A DNA stretch of 64,000 nucleotides from Octopus sinensis (Eukaryota). Positions within the stretch are counted from its first letter, which is position 1; every line of letters begins with the position of its first letter. Positions 61,850 to 64,000 of the stretch are shown here, piece after piece. The notes under the pieces were generated by a model that saw nothing but the letters and a program-made list of their open reading frames with translations, did no database searches and was not told the origin of the DNA. The DNA lies in NCBI RefSeq assembly GCF_006345805.1, contig NW_021833266.1:13528-77527 (forward strand), given 5' to 3'. The translations under genes were made by a program, and so were the position numbers.

Positions 61850-63950
61850 AAATCTCTACAAAAGCTGAAAAAAGAACGGAGATTGATAGTATTAACGGAG
61901 AACTCTTGAAATATTCACCAACTTTACTGATGTATGAACTACCCTTCATCTTAAATAATATATTTACTAAACACAAGCCTGTCCCACTAAGGTGAGGAGA
62001 TTTAATACTTAAACAGAAACCCGAGAAGCCGGCTGGACCTGTGAAAAACGTCAGATCGATTATCCTTTGGAAACTAATGTCCTTGATTAATAGGATTTCT
62101 TCTAAGTAGACAAAAACGTATTTCTGAGTTAATGTGGATTAAGAAGAGAAAGGTTCACTCCATACGCTGTATAGACACGCAATGGATATGTGACACGATG
62201 TAGAAATTCCAGAAACTGTTCAGATATAAAGAATTAATCTTTCCCAAATATTTGATAATATAATTGTGACAGTCCGAATAAAATACACGCCGAATAATCT
62301 ACACTTGTCACAAATGGCTGAAAAAATTAGAATCTAAAAATTAGTATGAAAAAAATCAATAATTGATTATTTATTTTAGTAGAATCACATTTATGTTTTA
62401 TATTAAAAAAGCGTGAAACATGCGTGTAGTGAGATTATTTAAGGAAACCTGGACAAAATCAAAAAATGAAAGACTCCACTTTGATACATCGTCAATCGAG
62501 CGGCATGAGCGATACAGGCTCACAAAATTGGGAAAGAATTTCTTTTGAAAATGGAAAAACATATTTTCGAAAAATGGGCTTAAATTGCGTTTTTTCTGTG
62601 AAGATGAAATCGATTAAAGCTTAAGTGCGTGAGGTCCAACTTAATAAATAAAATTTAGGCGGAACATAACTATAACCACTTTGGGAGAGACCGGCTTTTT
62701 TCGAAATTAAGAAATCTCTATTTCTTAATTTCGAAAAACATGTACGTGGGAGGCCTCGTGCTCCTTGGGTACAAGGGCAAGTCGAAAGGTTAATGATTTA
62801 AAATCGATTTGTAGATTTAATCAAAGCATAAAACGCTGGATATCGTCGGCAAGTTCTTCTCAAAATTGTTTTGGACGATATCGCGAATGCATAAAGGACA
62901 TCGTGTATGATTACAATAACAGCATTCATTCTTCGACAAAAAAAATCCCTTTTTATATATTCATGGGTGTTGAAAATCTGGAAGGATTGATGAAGGGGAA
63001 TGGAGCAACTTTTAGCCTATGATTCAACTGGATTATCAGAGGCACGAGAAAGTGCATTATAAAACTTAATTATTGCTGGCGAAAAAATGATTGAAAAAAG
63101 AAAATGGAGATACGACGAAGAAAATATCAATGTCGGAACGACTGTGCTTTTAAGGTCTCAAGCGTCAAATTAATTTTTAGACAGGACAACGATGCCAATG
63201 TTCGGCAGTATCCGCTGTACGATGGACTTGATGTTAATAAGTATATTGTTGTCGAGCGAAGAAATGATCTCTATGTTATCGAAAAGGAGGACGGTGAGCG
63301 GTTAACACGGAATTCATATTTCTCGATTAGCTAAAATTGATTAATTTTCATAAATCCATAATAAAAATAATTTTTTATTTAAATTAACGATAATTTATAT
63401 GAAAATTTTATTAGGATAACCTAAAATGGAATAACAATATTCAAACGTAAAGTTAACTGCGTAAATTGAGTGTGGTTGGTTTTGTTTATATAAATTAGTA
63501 AAAAGGTTAATGAATTTTACATTAAAAATCATATTTTTAATAATTAACATTTTGTTGTGTAAATTTTAATTTCAGTAAAATAAAGAATGTAATTATTCGG
63601 CGTGTATTTTTTCGGACTGTGACATAAATTAATCTACAAAAAAACGATTAAGTTTATTTGGGACCTTGCAAGACGAGGATGCGTGTTCTACATGCGAACG
63701 CCAAAGTTTGGCTAATTTACAGCAGTTTCACCAATGAAAAAGATATCAACGAAATAAGAAAAGTGTTTAATCAAACCCCTGGAGTATGAATAAAAAAACG
63801 GAGATCACAACTGTCAAAATAAAGAGTCAATTGACAGACAAAAAATGGAGAACAAACATATTTGGATCATCTATTGGAGACTGGGAATATTTTCCAGCGA
63901 ATAAAAATGGCCTCAAAGGTTTTTCATAATGAAATTTGGCTTTAGACTTT
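61850..63950 (+). mobile_element. RTE-like LINE RT remnant, interrupted by the 62265-63624 element
   Basis: IDSINGELLKY..ILNNIF..QKPEKPAGPVKNVRSI..LSQIFDNI. Confidence 0.6.
62265..63624 (+). mobile_element. TIR-flanked, intron-containing integrase DNA transposon (Ginger-like), internally deleted
   Basis: About 34-bp TIR TGT(G/C)ACAGTCCGAA(T)AAAATACACGCCGAATAAT; AEHNYNHFGRDRLF; HVRGRPRAPWVQGQVER|FNQSIK; YDYNNSIHS; NVGTTVLLR|QDND; introns 62634-62658, 62789-62814, 63155-63180. Confidence 0.9.
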
Positions 63951-64000
63951 TTGAAATAAAATTATTAGTTGTCATTCTTTAACCATAAGATTATAAATGG

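Overview
AT-rich eukaryotic (animal) nuclear DNA. Nearly all introns are GT-AG micro-introns of about 22-34 nt. That architecture, plus divergent metazoan genes, points to a myxozoan cnidarian parasite (inference). Compact host-gene islands alternate with transposon graveyards. Host genes reconstructed by hand-splicing: alpha-actinin, a lamin-derived intermediate filament lacking NLS/CaaX, DOHH, actin, CCDC42/CFAP73-like, MRPL12, GPR89, a rabphilin/synaptotagmin-like protein, MANF, DCAF13, a PKN-like pseudokinase, a PAP2 lipid phosphatase, cytochrome c, UBXN7, two orphan spliced genes, tRNA-Ile(AAT) and tRNA-His(GTG). Mobile DNA: R4-like and CRE-like RLE retrotransposons, LINE remnants, pogo, Tc1, a Tc1 MITE, two hAT elements and a Helitron. 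Most notable is a family of TGT...ACA terminal-inverted-repeat elements encoding retroviral-type (HHCC + DD35E) integrases interrupted by host-type 24-28 nt introns, with a non-autonomous partner carrying telomere-like repeats. Also notable: a hairpin-rich 91-bp tandem array, a conserved structured motif at three retroelement-associated loci, and about 100-bp spacing of co-directional genes. Many conserved genes show single-base indels in homopolymers, most likely long-read assembly errors, so 'pseudogene' calls here are unreliable. All protein identities are from motif recognition, not database searches.
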